DNA of 32,000 bases from Gammaproteobacteria bacterium (GTDB taxonomy: Bacteria > Pseudomonadota > Gammaproteobacteria > S012-40), in the NCBI GenBank assembly GCA_029881255.1, contig JAOUMY010000003.1:26732-58731 (forward strand), in the 5' to 3' direction. A program made the position numbers and the translations under genes. The first letter of the stretch is position 1. Each line of letters starts with the position of its first letter. Under the pieces are notes generated by a model that worked only from the letters and a program-made list of their open reading frames with translations, was not told the DNA's origin and did not search any database. Of this stretch, positions 10,414 to 20,611 are shown one piece after another.

Positions 10414-11834
10414 TCGTGTACCGGTTTACCGGAGTTTTGCGCCTGATAATAGGCGTGTGTCAGCGCGACCATATCGGCGCTGCGTTTTTCGACAAATTCT
10501 CGCTGCCATTGCGCGCCTGTCATACCACTCTCGGCGCGCGCGCGTATGATATCGAGATAAAACCGGCTGTCCTGTTCATCGACTTGCAAGACACGCAAAC
10601 CTTGCATTGCATCTTCAAGCAGTCGATCCAGGATTAAATTTTTCAGTGAACCACGCTTACCGTCTAACCATTGATTGGTCGCGCGCAATCCCAGGCGTGC
10701 GGCTTCGTAAAAATTATCCCGTGCCACGCTAAACGGCAAAAGCGTTTCCGGCGCGATATCGCTATTGGCCAGCGTCTCCTGCAAACCGTAGAAGAAGGCA
10801 GCATTGGCCATTTCATCAACTATCGTTGGCCCCGCAGCAATCACTCGATGCTCAATGCGTAAGTGTGTCTGGCCGTTTTTTTCAAAACCGATCAGGGGAC
10901 GATTCCAGCGCCAGATAGTACCGTTGTGCAAACGCAGATACGGCAGTCGCGCGGCATCGTCATCGAGTTTAACCGGCAATAGTATCGGAAAATGATTGAG
11001 GTTTTCCTGGAAACATTCGAATACCGAATGCTGGACATAGCCACTGCCAAAACCTACCCGTTTGATCGGCCCACTAGCGGCGTCACCATAACCACCACTT
11101 TCAACCGAACTCTCAAACAAAGGTATACGCGTTTCTTCCCATAGACTGCGCCCAAACAAAAAGGGTGAATTCGCGCCAAGCGCAACGGTCGCCGCCGAGG
11201 CAATCGTGGCGGCGTTTAAATAGCGTTTGGATGCCCTGGCCGGAATCTGTCGATGCAATTGAAACGAGGTCGCCGCCGACTCCAGCATCACATCATTGTG
11301 CCGCGAAATCAGATGCTCGCGACCATTGATATCCAGATGCAGCGGCTTGCCCTTGCGCGCCAACATCACCTGTTCATTCAAGGCGCGATAGCGATTCAAC
11401 GGCGACATATTTTCCAGGGTAAGATCGTCGTCCTGCAGTGTCGCCAATATGCCGACCATGAGTATGCGATCATTTTGACGATCGGCGATTTGCGCGCATT
11501 CCTGCCAGTGTTGTTCCAGTTCCTGATGCATGCGCATCAATCCTTTTCCACTGAGCAACTGCGGACAGACATTGAGTTCGAAATTGAATCGCGACAGTTC
11601 CGGCGCGATGACCTCTTTGGGTAACTCGTTTAATAAAAGTGCATTATCGGGAGAGGGTGTGGCGTCTTGAGCGATTAACCACGCCTCTTGCTCCAGGCCG
11701 CCGACGGCCTGATCGACGCAGAAATCATTATCCTCAAATTGCTGTTTGAGTCGCTGGGTCTCTGCCAGCAAATGCTGCGCATAGTTCTGGTAGTCTTCTT
11801 CGGAAAACTGGCTGGTGAGTATCTCTTCGCCCAT
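10401..11834 (-). CDS. GCS2-type carboxylate-amine ligase (glutamate-cysteine ligase family 2)
   Basis: 477 aa with GGLEQEAWLI, ELSRFNFELNVCPQ and SAATSFQLHRQIP, similar to YbdK-like/GCS2 enzymes; its 3' end overlaps the downstream hydrolase by about 13 nt. Confidence 0.75.
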   Translation of the reverse strand: MGEEILTSQFSEEDYQNYAQHLLAETQRLKQQFEDNDFCVDQAVGGLEQEAWLIAQDATPSPDNALLLNELPKEVIAPELSRFNFELNVCPQLLSGKGLMRMHQELEQHWQECAQIADRQNDRILMVGILATLQDDDLTLENMSPLNRYRALNEQVMLARKGKPLHLDINGREHLISRHNDVMLESAATSFQLHRQIPARASKRYLNAATIASAATVALGANSPFLFGRSLWEETRIPLFESSVESGGYGDAASGPIKRVGFGSGYVQHSVFECFQENLNHFPILLPVKLDDDAARLPYLRLHNGTIWRWNRPLIGFEKNGQTHLRIEHRVIAAGPTIVDEMANAAFFYGLQETLANSDIAPETLLPFSVARDNFYEAARLGLRATNQWLDGKRGSLKNLILDRLLEDAMQGLRVLQVDEQDSRFYLDIIRARAESGMTGAQWQREFVEKRSADMVALTHAYYQAQNSGKPVHEWLV

Positions 11835-11841
11835 TCTAATC

Positions 11842-12468
11842 TCAGTTGTCTGTCATCGATGCCAAGGCAGATTTGGCGGCGTCCACGTCCTGGCTCGCCG
11901 CTTTTTGCAGCCATTGCTTTGCTCCTTGCAAATCCCGTTCAGTTCCACGCCCGTCGAGCATTAATTTGGCGAGATTGTATTGGGCAAAGCGATAGCCCAG
12001 TTCCGCCGAGCGGCGATAATAATGATAGGCCTCGGCGAGATTGACGCTCACCCCCAGGCCTTGTTCGTATAGAACACCAAGATTATTGAGTGCAATTGGA
12101 TGTTGCGCCTGCGCGGCCTGTTCATACCAGCGTCGCGCCTGGGCGAGATCCGCATCGACACCCAAACCTGCCTGCAACATCCAGCCGATATTGGCCTGCG
12201 CATCGGCATTGCCCTGCTCCGCCAGCGGTCGCCAAAGTTTCATGGCCTGTTGATAGTTACCGAAGAAATAGGCGTTCTCTCCCGATTTGTAGACCTGGCG
12301 CTGATCCGGGCGCAATTCCTCTTTACCCTGTCCGAAACCACGGGATACGACTTTTTTCGACCAATCCAGGGGAGGATCTTGTTTCTCTTCCTGTTCTGGA
12401 GCCGCCGCAACCACAACAGACGTGACCAGGAACAGACATAAAAATTTGACTACGACACGAATATGCAT
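11842..12468 (-). CDS. Sel1-like repeat protein, exported
   Basis: Signal peptide MHIRVVVKFLCLFLVTSVVVAAA, then tandem Sel1/TPR-like repeats (GNADAQANIGWMLQAGLGVDADLAQARRWYEQAA..., HPIALNNLGVLYEQGLGVSVNLAEAYHYYRRSA...). Confidence 0.85.
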   Translation of the reverse strand: MHIRVVVKFLCLFLVTSVVVAAAPEQEEKQDPPLDWSKKVVSRGFGQGKEELRPDQRQVYKSGENAYFFGNYQQAMKLWRPLAEQGNADAQANIGWMLQAGLGVDADLAQARRWYEQAAQAQHPIALNNLGVLYEQGLGVSVNLAEAYHYYRRSAELGYRFAQYNLAKLMLDGRGTERDLQGAKQWLQKAASQDVDAAKSALASMTDN

Positions 12469-12646
12469 CTTTTACGGATCAAATAGTTGGCCAGAAAACG
12501 TAGAAAAATAAAGACGCAGAATACCATTGCGCCCAGAGAAACTGAACGATTGAGCGCGATTGATTTTTGAGCAAGGGCGCCGGCTATGATAGGATTCGCC
12601 GACCAAATGATTCAAAAGTGCTTGATACACGCCGGGGGGATACTCG

Positions 12647-12781
12647 ATGAGCGAGAAAGAAATGATTTTTTTGTTCTTGATCAGCCTGTGCGTAATGGCC
12701 TATAGCCATCTTCCCGGCGAGCCCACAACTCCTGTCCTGGCCTCCGCAGTGGCCATACAAGACGGCAATACTTCCCAGTAA
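12647..12781 (+). CDS. Possible small membrane peptide (44 aa)
   Basis: ATG with GGGGGGATACTCG upstream; translation MSEKEMIFLFLISLCVMAYSHLPGEPTTPVLASAVAIQDGNTSQ with a hydrophobic N-terminal segment. Below the ORF-track cutoff. Confidence 0.25.
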   Translation: MSEKEMIFLFLISLCVMAYSHLPGEPTTPVLASAVAIQDGNTSQ

Positions 12782-12904
12782 ACACGTTTGCGCGCACCCG
12801 TCATCGACGATGCCTCTGACGGTAAACCCCTGGTGATTTTGGTTAACTCATCGGATATGCGCCGGGCACACTCATCATGTCTTGTCGACATAAGGCAAAC
12901 CGCC

Positions 12905-14452
12905 CTATGCGTAGTAGTCAACCAGGTTATCGGTGCTTAAACCTCTCATTTTTCCACTCGATTCGCTTACGACATCGTCTTCCCCGTTGTCGCCACCAGA
13001 TCCAGGAAAAATCGGTTTACCCAGACGTCCTTCCTGACCGTGCGCACCATCGTGCTGGCGTTGGGCAAATTGCTGAGTCGAGACATCCACATTGCCGAGA
13101 GACAAACCGCTTTCCGACAACATATCGCGCAGACGTGGCATCGCCGTTTCTATCGCCTCACGCACATTATTGTGCTGCGCCGTAAATTGAATAGACGCAT
13201 GTTCCTGCGACATCTTGATCTTGATGTTCACTCGACCCATCTCCGGAGGGTCTAGTCTTAGCTCAGCGGTTTGCACGCCATTTTTCACCAGAAAATTGAT
13301 GCGCTTGCTAAACACCGCACCCCATTCCTCGCTTTCTAATGGCGTGTTCATCACATAGGACGGCGTTCCCGTGGCAGACAGGGGACGCACACCGGCGCTG
13401 GCGCTATTGGTGCTACCCGCCCCTCTTTCCGCGCCACCAATCAGGCTCATCTTTTCCGTCAACTGATCAAACAATTCAGCCGCGGACTGCTGTTTCTGCT
13501 GCGCATTGCGTGCCTCGACGATGGTCTCGAAGCGGGTACTATTGCGTTCGAGTTGGCGCAAAGTCTCCTGAACCAGATGTTCTGATTCTTCTTCGCTGGC
13601 AAGTTCATCTGCTGAGACAAGCTGTTTTTCCGAGGGCTTTTCACGCTCGCCACTTTTGAGGTGTTGCGGTATCTGATCCGCTCTGACCGCACCACGACGG
13701 GCCAATTCAGCCGCAGTTTCTTCGATATCTTCCGCCAGGTCTTCAACCTCTACATCCGCCTGTGCAACCATGTTCACAACCTCCTGTGGCAATTCCACTA
13801 CCTCTTCAGTAGCGGTGTCATCGGAGGTTTCGGAAACCTCGGCGACCAGCGCCTCCAATGTTGTGGTGGGATCAGTTTCTTCTTCGCCACCGACTATCAG
13901 ATCTTCCAGTTCGGGCAACAGGGAAGACAGATCATCAATGGATTCTTCTGTGGTCAGCTCGGGGAGCTCGCCAGCCTTCAATTTATCTTCCACCATTTGG
14001 CGAAAGAGTTCGGCTAGCATCGCGTGTTTTTCTGAGGATTGTGTTTGTCCATGCTCGGCCTGCGCCGGCAAGGCCTTCTCATCATCAGCCTTTTCTTCCA
14101 TGCGTTGCGCAGCCTGTTGTGGCCCCTGGCCGGATTGTTCATCCTTTTCGCTCTGCCCCTGTGCTGGCTTGGTCTCGACCTTGTCTGCCACAGTTTGCTG
14201 ATCGGCATTTTCCTGAGAACGGGAAGCGGCGTTGTTTTGTTCATTGCGTGTCGCCGGTGTGTCGTTCTTGCTGCTGCGCTCGCTTGCCTGAGAGGTTTTC
14301 GACGCCGGAGTCTGTTGTTCCTGCTTGCGCATCTCGGCAGCAAACCGATCACCGGACTGTTTGCCCTGACCAGCGCCCATGCCGGCGGCACCGACGCCGC
14401 TCTGACTCAAGCTGCCCTGATCCAGGAATATATTGGCCATTGCATCCATCAT
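12905..14452 (-). CDS. fliK: Flagellar hook-length control protein
   Basis: Low-complexity Q/E-rich N-terminal region and conserved C-terminal domain GVQTAELRLDPPEMGRVNIKIKMSQEHASIQFTAQHNNVREAIETAMPRLRDMLSESGLSLGNVDV; position after fliJ. Confidence 0.9.
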   Translation of the reverse strand: MMDAMANIFLDQGSLSQSGVGAAGMGAGQGKQSGDRFAAEMRKQEQQTPASKTSQASERSSKNDTPATRNEQNNAASRSQENADQQTVADKVETKPAQGQSEKDEQSGQGPQQAAQRMEEKADDEKALPAQAEHGQTQSSEKHAMLAELFRQMVEDKLKAGELPELTTEESIDDLSSLLPELEDLIVGGEEETDPTTTLEALVAEVSETSDDTATEEVVELPQEVVNMVAQADVEVEDLAEDIEETAAELARRGAVRADQIPQHLKSGEREKPSEKQLVSADELASEEESEHLVQETLRQLERNSTRFETIVEARNAQQKQQSAAELFDQLTEKMSLIGGAERGAGSTNSASAGVRPLSATGTPSYVMNTPLESEEWGAVFSKRINFLVKNGVQTAELRLDPPEMGRVNIKIKMSQEHASIQFTAQHNNVREAIETAMPRLRDMLSESGLSLGNVDVSTQQFAQRQHDGAHGQEGRLGKPIFPGSGGDNGEDDVVSESSGKMRGLSTDNLVDYYA

Positions 14453-14569
14453 TGGAGATGATCCTCGCTAGTTTCTAGTGAGCTATCAGCAAGTGGGGTG
14501 CCAATTGGGAGGATCAGGCTTTATGGTCTGGCGAGATGTGTAGGATGACCAAAGCTAAGAAAATGAATT

Positions 14570-15001
14570 TTAAGACTTATCTCGATTAAAACGGTCGTCC
14601 AGTTCCTTCTGAATACGCCGCTCCTCGGCGCGATTTTCCCCCTGAACCATGCGCTCGACCACCTTATCGACCGCCTTGGTGCGGTGGTGGACGGCCAGCC
14701 ATTGCCGTTTGAGTCGTTCGTTTTCCGCCTCGAACTGCTGGATGATCTGGCGCTGCTGTTCGATCGCGCGGGTGAGGTTATCCATAAACGCCTGATAATC
14801 CCTCAGTTTTCGCGCCGGTATGCCGTTCTGGCCCAGGCTCAGAAACTGTCGCCCGTATTCCTGCTGGTATTGCAACAAATCATCCAGGCGCTTGCGGTGA
14901 TTGGCCAGTTGTGCATTGTGGGCACCAAGCGCCCTTGCCGCCTGATCCTCGCGGAATTCGTTGAGGCGTTGAACCGGCTTCAGTCGTTGGCTACCTTTCA
15001 T
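14570..15001 (-). CDS. fliJ: Flagellar export protein FliJ
   Basis: 143 aa coiled-coil protein located directly after fliI; typical FliJ length and composition. Confidence 0.85.
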   Translation of the reverse strand: MKGSQRLKPVQRLNEFREDQAARALGAHNAQLANHRKRLDDLLQYQQEYGRQFLSLGQNGIPARKLRDYQAFMDNLTRAIEQQRQIIQQFEAENERLKRQWLAVHHRTKAVDKVVERMVQGENRAEERRIQKELDDRFNRDKS

Positions 15002-15014
15002 GGCCTATCCCGAC

Positions 15015-16634
15015 CTAAACGCGAGCCGCAGCCGGCACGGGACCTGGCGCTGCCTGCCGTTGTTGCTGCTTGGCCTCCTGAACCTGCATGGCCTGCAACA
15101 GTAATCCACGGCTGCTGGGAAAATCCACCGGCTCGCCCATGTCCTGGGACAAAAAGGCATTGATCAATGGCTGCATCTTGATTGCCGCGTCCACTGCCGG
15201 ATCGCTGCCCGCACTATAAGCCCCCACGCTGATCAGATCGCGGTTGCGCTCATAATTCGAGTAGTGTTGTTTAAACAGTCGCGCCGCGCGCAAATGGGTC
15301 GGATCGACAATCTCGGTCATGACCCGGCTAATCGACTGTTCGATATCAATGGCCGGATAACGCCCCATCTCGGCAATACTGCGCGACAACACGATGTGGC
15401 CATCGAGTATGGCCCGCGCCGCATCGGCAATCGGGTCTTGCTGGTCGTCACCCTCGGCGAGCACCGTGTAAAAAGCCGTAATCGAGCCGCCACCAACATC
15501 GCCATTGCCGGCGCGCTCTACCAATTGCGGAATCCGCGCGAACACCGATGGCGGATAGCCACGGGTCGCTGGCGGTTCGCCGATGGCCAAAGCAATCTCC
15601 CGTTGCGCCTGGGCATAACGAGTCAACGAATCCATTAGCAGTAATACGTTCTTGCCCTGGTCACGAAAATACTCGGCAATGCGCGTGGCCAATGACGCAC
15701 CGTGCAGACGCAACACCGGGGGCGCATCGGCGGGCGCCGCAACGACGACTGAGCGCGACATTCCCTCTTCGCCCAGGGTGTTATAGATAAACTCTTTTAC
15801 CTCACGCCCACGTTCACCGATCAGGCCGACGACAATTACCTCGGCCTCGGTAAAGCGCGTCATCATCCCGAGCAATACCGATTTGCCCACACCACTACCG
15901 GCAAACAAACCGATACGCTGCCCCTTGCCGACGGTGAGCATAGAGTTGATGGCGCGCACGCCAACATCGAGTGGTTCGCTGATCTGATTGCGCGATAAGG
16001 GGTTGATCGGTCTTCCCTGCATGGGCACATATTCGTCTGCATCCAGAGGCCCGAGACCATCCAACGGACGACCGCGTCCATCGATAACCCGCCCGAGCAG
16101 GCCTTCGCCAACGGGAGCCTCATACGTCTGTCCTGTCGGGACCACCCGCGCGTTGGGCGTGATACCGCGCATGTCTCCGGTAGGCATGAGAAAGAGTTTG
16201 TCCTCGGAAAATCCCACGACTTCGGCCTCGACATTCTTGCCATCGCTATTGGCGACCAGACAACGGGCGCCGATGGGCGCCTGCACGCCGGTAGCCTCCA
16301 GTGTCAGGCCGACAATACGCTTGAGCTTGCCCTCGACGAGCAAAGGCATGGGTTCATCAAGACGCTTTTCATAGACCTGTAGACGCTCGGTCCACTCTGC
16401 ACTACGTGGATGCGGACCTTCCAAACGATATAAACGCGGAATGGGTCGACGGGGTGGAATGGCAGAACGGCCTTCAAGTCGTTCATGGTGAAAATGCAGA
16501 CGATCACGCCACTGACTACTGCGGGGGTGTGGCCTGTCACAGGCCATGGGAAGCGGACCGTCTAAACGCTCCGCATATTTATGTAATCGTTTACTCCAGT
16601 TATGCCGTCTTCGCTTGAGCGGGTCGTCACTCAT
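15015..16634 (-). CDS. fliI: Flagellum-specific ATP synthase FliI with an extended N-terminus
   Basis: Walker A region [48 protein letters not shown]. About 80 aa N-terminal extension ahead of the canonical [33 protein letters not shown]. Confidence 0.95.
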   Translation of the reverse strand: MSDDPLKRRRHNWSKRLHKYAERLDGPLPMACDRPHPRSSQWRDRLHFHHERLEGRSAIPPRRPIPRLYRLEGPHPRSAEWTERLQVYEKRLDEPMPLLVEGKLKRIVGLTLEATGVQAPIGARCLVANSDGKNVEAEVVGFSEDKLFLMPTGDMRGITPNARVVPTGQTYEAPVGEGLLGRVIDGRGRPLDGLGPLDADEYVPMQGRPINPLSRNQISEPLDVGVRAINSMLTVGKGQRIGLFAGSGVGKSVLLGMMTRFTEAEVIVVGLIGERGREVKEFIYNTLGEEGMSRSVVVAAPADAPPVLRLHGASLATRIAEYFRDQGKNVLLLMDSLTRYAQAQREIALAIGEPPATRGYPPSVFARIPQLVERAGNGDVGGGSITAFYTVLAEGDDQQDPIADAARAILDGHIVLSRSIAEMGRYPAIDIEQSISRVMTEIVDPTHLRAARLFKQHYSNYERNRDLISVGAYSAGSDPAVDAAIKMQPLINAFLSQDMGEPVDFPSSRGLLLQAMQVQEAKQQQRQAAPGPVPAAARV

Positions 16635-17373
16635 GATCGCCCTCGCGCTCGCCGCCTAATACTTTGGCGATGGTCGCGGCAAGCTGTGATTCTATAGTGG
16701 CATCAATGCGGGACTCATCGGTTTCCACATTGCAACCGCCTCGCGTTAAGGCTGGGTCTTCGACGATCTTCCAGCGCTGTTCTTCTTCGCTGGCATCGGG
16801 CATGGAAAAACTTTCGCGCACCAGGGCCGCGTCTTCCGGATGTAGATACACACGAACATTGCGGCTGTTAATCGGTAAGATCGCAACAGCTTTGCGTACC
16901 GCTGCAACCACTTGTCCGGGGTCGGTTCGTAATTCACGGCGTACCACATGTTTGGCGATGGCAATCGCCACTGCCACCAATTCTTGTTCAACTTCGTCAT
17001 CAAGCTGTAATAGGGGCGCATCGAAACTCAAAATGAGTTTTCTGACCATATCGAGTTGCGCCATCAATTCGGGCTGCGCATCGCGATAGGCCTGTTCGTG
17101 TCCCTGGTGCCGTCCTTCTTCCACACCGATTGCGTGACCTTCGGCGCGTCCTTCTTCTTTGCCGTGGGCCCGGCCCTCTACCAGTCCCCGTTGAAACGCT
17201 TCGTCATATGCCGTCTTCTGAATCTTTTCCAATTCATCGGCAGTAGGCATTTTCAACTTGGACTTCTTGCTGACATTCACCAGACGCGCGTCGGGTTGTT
17301 CGTCGAACGTTGGCAGATCCCAAACCGCAATCTGCGAAAACGCGTCACTGGGATTTACTTTCTTTATTGGCAT
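16627..17373 (-). CDS. fliH: Flagellar assembly protein FliH
   Basis: 248 aa, glutamate-rich middle segment ([32 protein letters not shown]) and conserved C-terminal domain; short overlap with fliI. Confidence 0.9.
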   Translation of the reverse strand: MPIKKVNPSDAFSQIAVWDLPTFDEQPDARLVNVSKKSKLKMPTADELEKIQKTAYDEAFQRGLVEGRAHGKEEGRAEGHAIGVEEGRHQGHEQAYRDAQPELMAQLDMVRKLILSFDAPLLQLDDEVEQELVAVAIAIAKHVVRRELRTDPGQVVAAVRKAVAILPINSRNVRVYLHPEDAALVRESFSMPDASEEEQRWKIVEDPALTRGGCNVETDESRIDATIESQLAATIAKVLGGEREGDHE

Positions 17374-17401
17374 CCGATGCTCCTTCTATGGACACGCCAA
17401 A

Positions 17402-18448
17402 TTAAATAAATTCTTCGCCGCCGGTGCCGGCAAGCATGATCTCGCCCGCCTCGGCCATGCGTCTGGCAACTGCCACGATACCTTTCTGCGCCGCTTCCAC
17501 ATCGCTGACGCGTACCGGCCCCTTGGACTCCAGATCGTCTTTGAGTATGTCCGCTGCGCGCCGTGACATATTCTTGAAGAACTTGTTCTTCATCGCGTCG
17601 TCGGAACCCTTGAGCGCCACCACCAGATCTTCGGTGGAAATTTCCTTGAGCAGTGACTGGATACCGCGATCGTCGACATCGTTGAGATTGTCGAATACGA
17701 ACATGAGCTCTTGAATGTTTTCGGCAAGCTCGTTGTCCACGTCTTTGATGTTGTCGATGATTTCGGTTTCTGTGGCCGTATCAACAAAGTTGAGGATATT
17801 GGCGGCGGCCTTAACACCACCTACAGAAGAAGATTTCACGTTGGCGTTACCTGCAAATTGACGTTCCATAATATCGTTCAGCTCCTGCAGTGCAGAAGGC
17901 TGGATACCCTCGAGTGTGGCGATACGCAAAATGACGTCGACGCGCACGGGTTCGGAGAACATGGTTAAGACTTCCGCTGCCTGATCGTGTTCGAGGAAGG
18001 TCAACACGATGGCGATAATTTGCGGATGTTCGTTGCGAATGAGATCGGCAATCGATTTCGGGTCCATCCACTTAAAGGCTTCGAGACCTTTGATATGACC
18101 GCCCATGAGTATGCGGTCGATGAGTCCTGCGGCCTTGTCTTCACCGAGGGCTTTAACGAGTACGTTGCGTATATATTCGTCGGTATCGAGGCCAAGTGCA
18201 GTCGCCGTTTCAACAATGTCATAAAACTCTTTGACGACGCGTGTAACCTGGATCTTGGTGACGTTCTTGAGGCTGGCCATGGCCATACCGATGCGTTGCA
18301 CCTCTTTCGGCTCCATGTGTTTCATAACACTGGCCGCTTCTTCCTCACCCAGGGTGAGCATCAGAATCGAGGCACGCTCCAGGCCGGTAAGCGGAGGCCC
18401 GAGACGGGGATCGCCATTCTGCGGCGCTAATGGATTGTCTTCGGCCAT
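17402..18448 (-). CDS. fliG: Flagellar motor switch protein FliG
   Basis: 348 aa: LTGLERASILMLTLGEEEAASVMKHM, HPQIIAIVLTFLEHDQAAEVL, C-terminal VALKGSDDAMKNKFFKNMSRRAADILKDDLE. Confidence 0.95.
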   Translation of the reverse strand: MAEDNPLAPQNGDPRLGPPLTGLERASILMLTLGEEEAASVMKHMEPKEVQRIGMAMASLKNVTKIQVTRVVKEFYDIVETATALGLDTDEYIRNVLVKALGEDKAAGLIDRILMGGHIKGLEAFKWMDPKSIADLIRNEHPQIIAIVLTFLEHDQAAEVLTMFSEPVRVDVILRIATLEGIQPSALQELNDIMERQFAGNANVKSSSVGGVKAAANILNFVDTATETEIIDNIKDVDNELAENIQELMFVFDNLNDVDDRGIQSLLKEISTEDLVVALKGSDDAMKNKFFKNMSRRAADILKDDLESKGPVRVSDVEAAQKGIVAVARRMAEAGEIMLAGTGGEEFI

Positions 18449-18450
18449 GT

Positions 18451-20217
18451 TTAATCCTCTTCTTCATCCAGCGCCAGCCAGGTCTTCACAACCTGCGCCA
18501 CGATGCGCGGATCTTCGTTCACCATCTTACGCAGCACTTCCAGCATACGTTGGTATTCCTCGTGACTGACGCCAAGCGCCGCCCAGTCTTCCAGACTCAA
18601 ACCACCAGGACGTTGAGGGTCGTAGTGGATGTCTTCTGCAGACTGCGAACCTTCGTCCTCTTGAACTTGTTCCTCTTCCTCGACCTCTTCCGGCGTGGTC
18701 ATGGCGCGTATTACCGGACGCACTACCAGCAGGATGATCACCAGCACCGCCAACACACCTACGCCCTGCTTGGCCAGATCGATAAACCAGGGTTGTTCCC
18801 ACAGCGGACCACTCGGTGCTGGCGGAATATCCTGGGAGATCTGGAAGGCGGCGTTGATGATATTCAGGCTATCGCCACGCTGTTCGCTAAACCCTACCGC
18901 CTCGCGTACAAGTGACCGAATACTCTCGATTTCCTCGGGAGAGTAGGTGGCGCGGGCAACACTGCCGTCGGCTCCCACAACCACTTTATCGTCCATCACG
19001 ACCGCCACCGACAGCCTTTTCAGCGTGCCCGGCGCCTTGCGCGTGTGGCTGATGGTTTTATCCAATTCATAGTTAAAAGTGGAACGATCACTCTTCTTAG
19101 ACGGGGCCTGAGAAGCACCTTTGCCGTCTGCGGGCAAAGTCTCGGGAGCCTCGCCCGCGCCCGGCGGTTGATTGGTCAGAGCACCCGGTACGCCGCTTAC
19201 ATCACCACCGCGGCTCTCTTCACGCACGGTTTGTTCACTGCGTATCGAAGGCAAATCCGGATTGAATTTTTCGGCGGTGCTCTCGGTCATGGTGAAGTCG
19301 ATGTCGGCATCGACTTGCGCACGCAATGCCTCGAAACCAACGACCGGCGTCAGTATCCGTTCGATACGATGAATGTAATACTCTTCCATCTTTTGTTTGA
19401 AATCGAATTGCGCAGAAGACAGCGCCATGTCACCTGACATGTGTCGCTTAGTTAACATGCGTCCGCGTTCGTCGACGACGGTAACATTATCGGATTTGAG
19501 TTCGGGTATGCTTGATGCGACCAAATGCACAATCGCTGCAACCTGACTTTCATCGAGTGAAAGCCCGCGACCGAGTTTCACCATCACCGATGCGGTTGGT
19601 TCTTTGCGATCGCGAATAAACACAGACTGTTTAGGTATGGCAAGATGCACACGCGCAGATTCGATTGATGACATCGCTGTGATCGAACGGGCAAGTTCAC
19701 CTTCTATCGCCTTGTGATAACGTGCCTGCTCCATAAACTGGCTGGTACCGAAGCCCTGCTGCTCGGCCAACATCTCAAAGCCAGTACCTTCCTGCTGAGG
19801 TAGCCCCTGGGTCGCAAGACGCAAACGTACCTCATGCACTTTATCCCCCGGCACTTTTATCTCACCGGTCTTGTCATCCAGTTGATACGGTATCCCCTCT
19901 TGATCTAACACCTGCACGATATCAGCGCTGGATTGTTGCGAGAGACCTGCATAGAGCAACTCATAATTCTTTTCGGTGGTATACATGAAGATGGCAATAA
20001 TCACGGTGAAGGCCGCCGCGACACCGATAACCAACTGCATTTGCTGCCGACGGGATAAGGCGCGAAAACGCGCCACCATCGGCTTTTCAGTTAAATCCTC
20101 ATCGGAATAATCCTGCATGGTATCGACAGGCAGGCGCGTATCCAGGTCCGTCGTCGCCATATCGGTACGACCCGCTGCATTGGGATTTTGAGGAAGATTT
20201 TCTGCTGGAACCGCCAT
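18451..20217 (-). CDS. fliF: Flagellar MS-ring protein FliF
   Basis: 588 aa: NYELLYAGLSQQSSADIVQVLDQEGIPYQL, ARVHLAIPKQSVFIRDRKEPTASVMVKL, C-terminal TM and FliG-binding tail. Confidence 0.95.
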   Translation of the reverse strand: MAVPAENLPQNPNAAGRTDMATTDLDTRLPVDTMQDYSDEDLTEKPMVARFRALSRRQQMQLVIGVAAAFTVIIAIFMYTTEKNYELLYAGLSQQSSADIVQVLDQEGIPYQLDDKTGEIKVPGDKVHEVRLRLATQGLPQQEGTGFEMLAEQQGFGTSQFMEQARYHKAIEGELARSITAMSSIESARVHLAIPKQSVFIRDRKEPTASVMVKLGRGLSLDESQVAAIVHLVASSIPELKSDNVTVVDERGRMLTKRHMSGDMALSSAQFDFKQKMEEYYIHRIERILTPVVGFEALRAQVDADIDFTMTESTAEKFNPDLPSIRSEQTVREESRGGDVSGVPGALTNQPPGAGEAPETLPADGKGASQAPSKKSDRSTFNYELDKTISHTRKAPGTLKRLSVAVVMDDKVVVGADGSVARATYSPEEIESIRSLVREAVGFSEQRGDSLNIINAAFQISQDIPPAPSGPLWEQPWFIDLAKQGVGVLAVLVIILLVVRPVIRAMTTPEEVEEEEQVQEDEGSQSAEDIHYDPQRPGGLSLEDWAALGVSHEEYQRMLEVLRKMVNEDPRIVAQVVKTWLALDEEED

Positions 20218-20252
20218 ACTTTTTTACGCCTGTTTAGTAAAACGTTTCGCCA

Positions 20253-20594
20253 CTACACCTGCATGCTCATCACATCTTGATAGGCTTTGAGTAATTCCTT
20301 GCGTACCGTGAGCAAGGCCTCGAATGCGACGCTGGCCTTTTCCTTCGCTACCATTACTTGCGGCAAATCCACACCTTCGACGCCGGCTTCAAAGGCTTTC
20401 TTCAACGTCGCCGCATTCTGTTGCGCGTTATTCACTTCGTTAACTGCTTTCTGAAACAGTGAACCAAAACCGGGGGGTTGATCATTGGTCACTGGCTGTG
20501 CGTTTTGAGTCGACACATGTGGCACCTGCGCCCTCGCCTGCGAAGCAAGTCGGTGCAAATCTGACATCATGCGGCTCATATTTAAGTCATTCAT
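20253..20594 (-). CDS. fliE: Flagellar hook-basal body protein FliE
   Basis: 113 aa with FGSLFQKAVNEVNNAQQNAATLKKAFEAGVEGVDLPQVMVAKEKASVAFEALLTVRKELLKAYQDVMSMQV. Confidence 0.95.
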   Translation of the reverse strand: MNDLNMSRMMSDLHRLASQARAQVPHVSTQNAQPVTNDQPPGFGSLFQKAVNEVNNAQQNAATLKKAFEAGVEGVDLPQVMVAKEKASVAFEALLTVRKELLKAYQDVMSMQV

Positions 20595-20611
20595 ATCGGC
20601 TCCTTCCTCTG

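Noticed and set aside
12700-12921. 73-aa minus-strand ORF after fliK
   Set aside because: It overlaps the fliK 3' end, has no convincing ribosome-binding site and has coding-atypical composition; insufficient support.
13339-14478. Long plus-strand ORFs (13339..13659, 13661..14017, 13770..14201, 13858..14478, 14039..14461)
   Set aside because: They lie antisense to fliK, with compositions that mirror its Q/E-rich low-complexity sequence; shadow ORFs.
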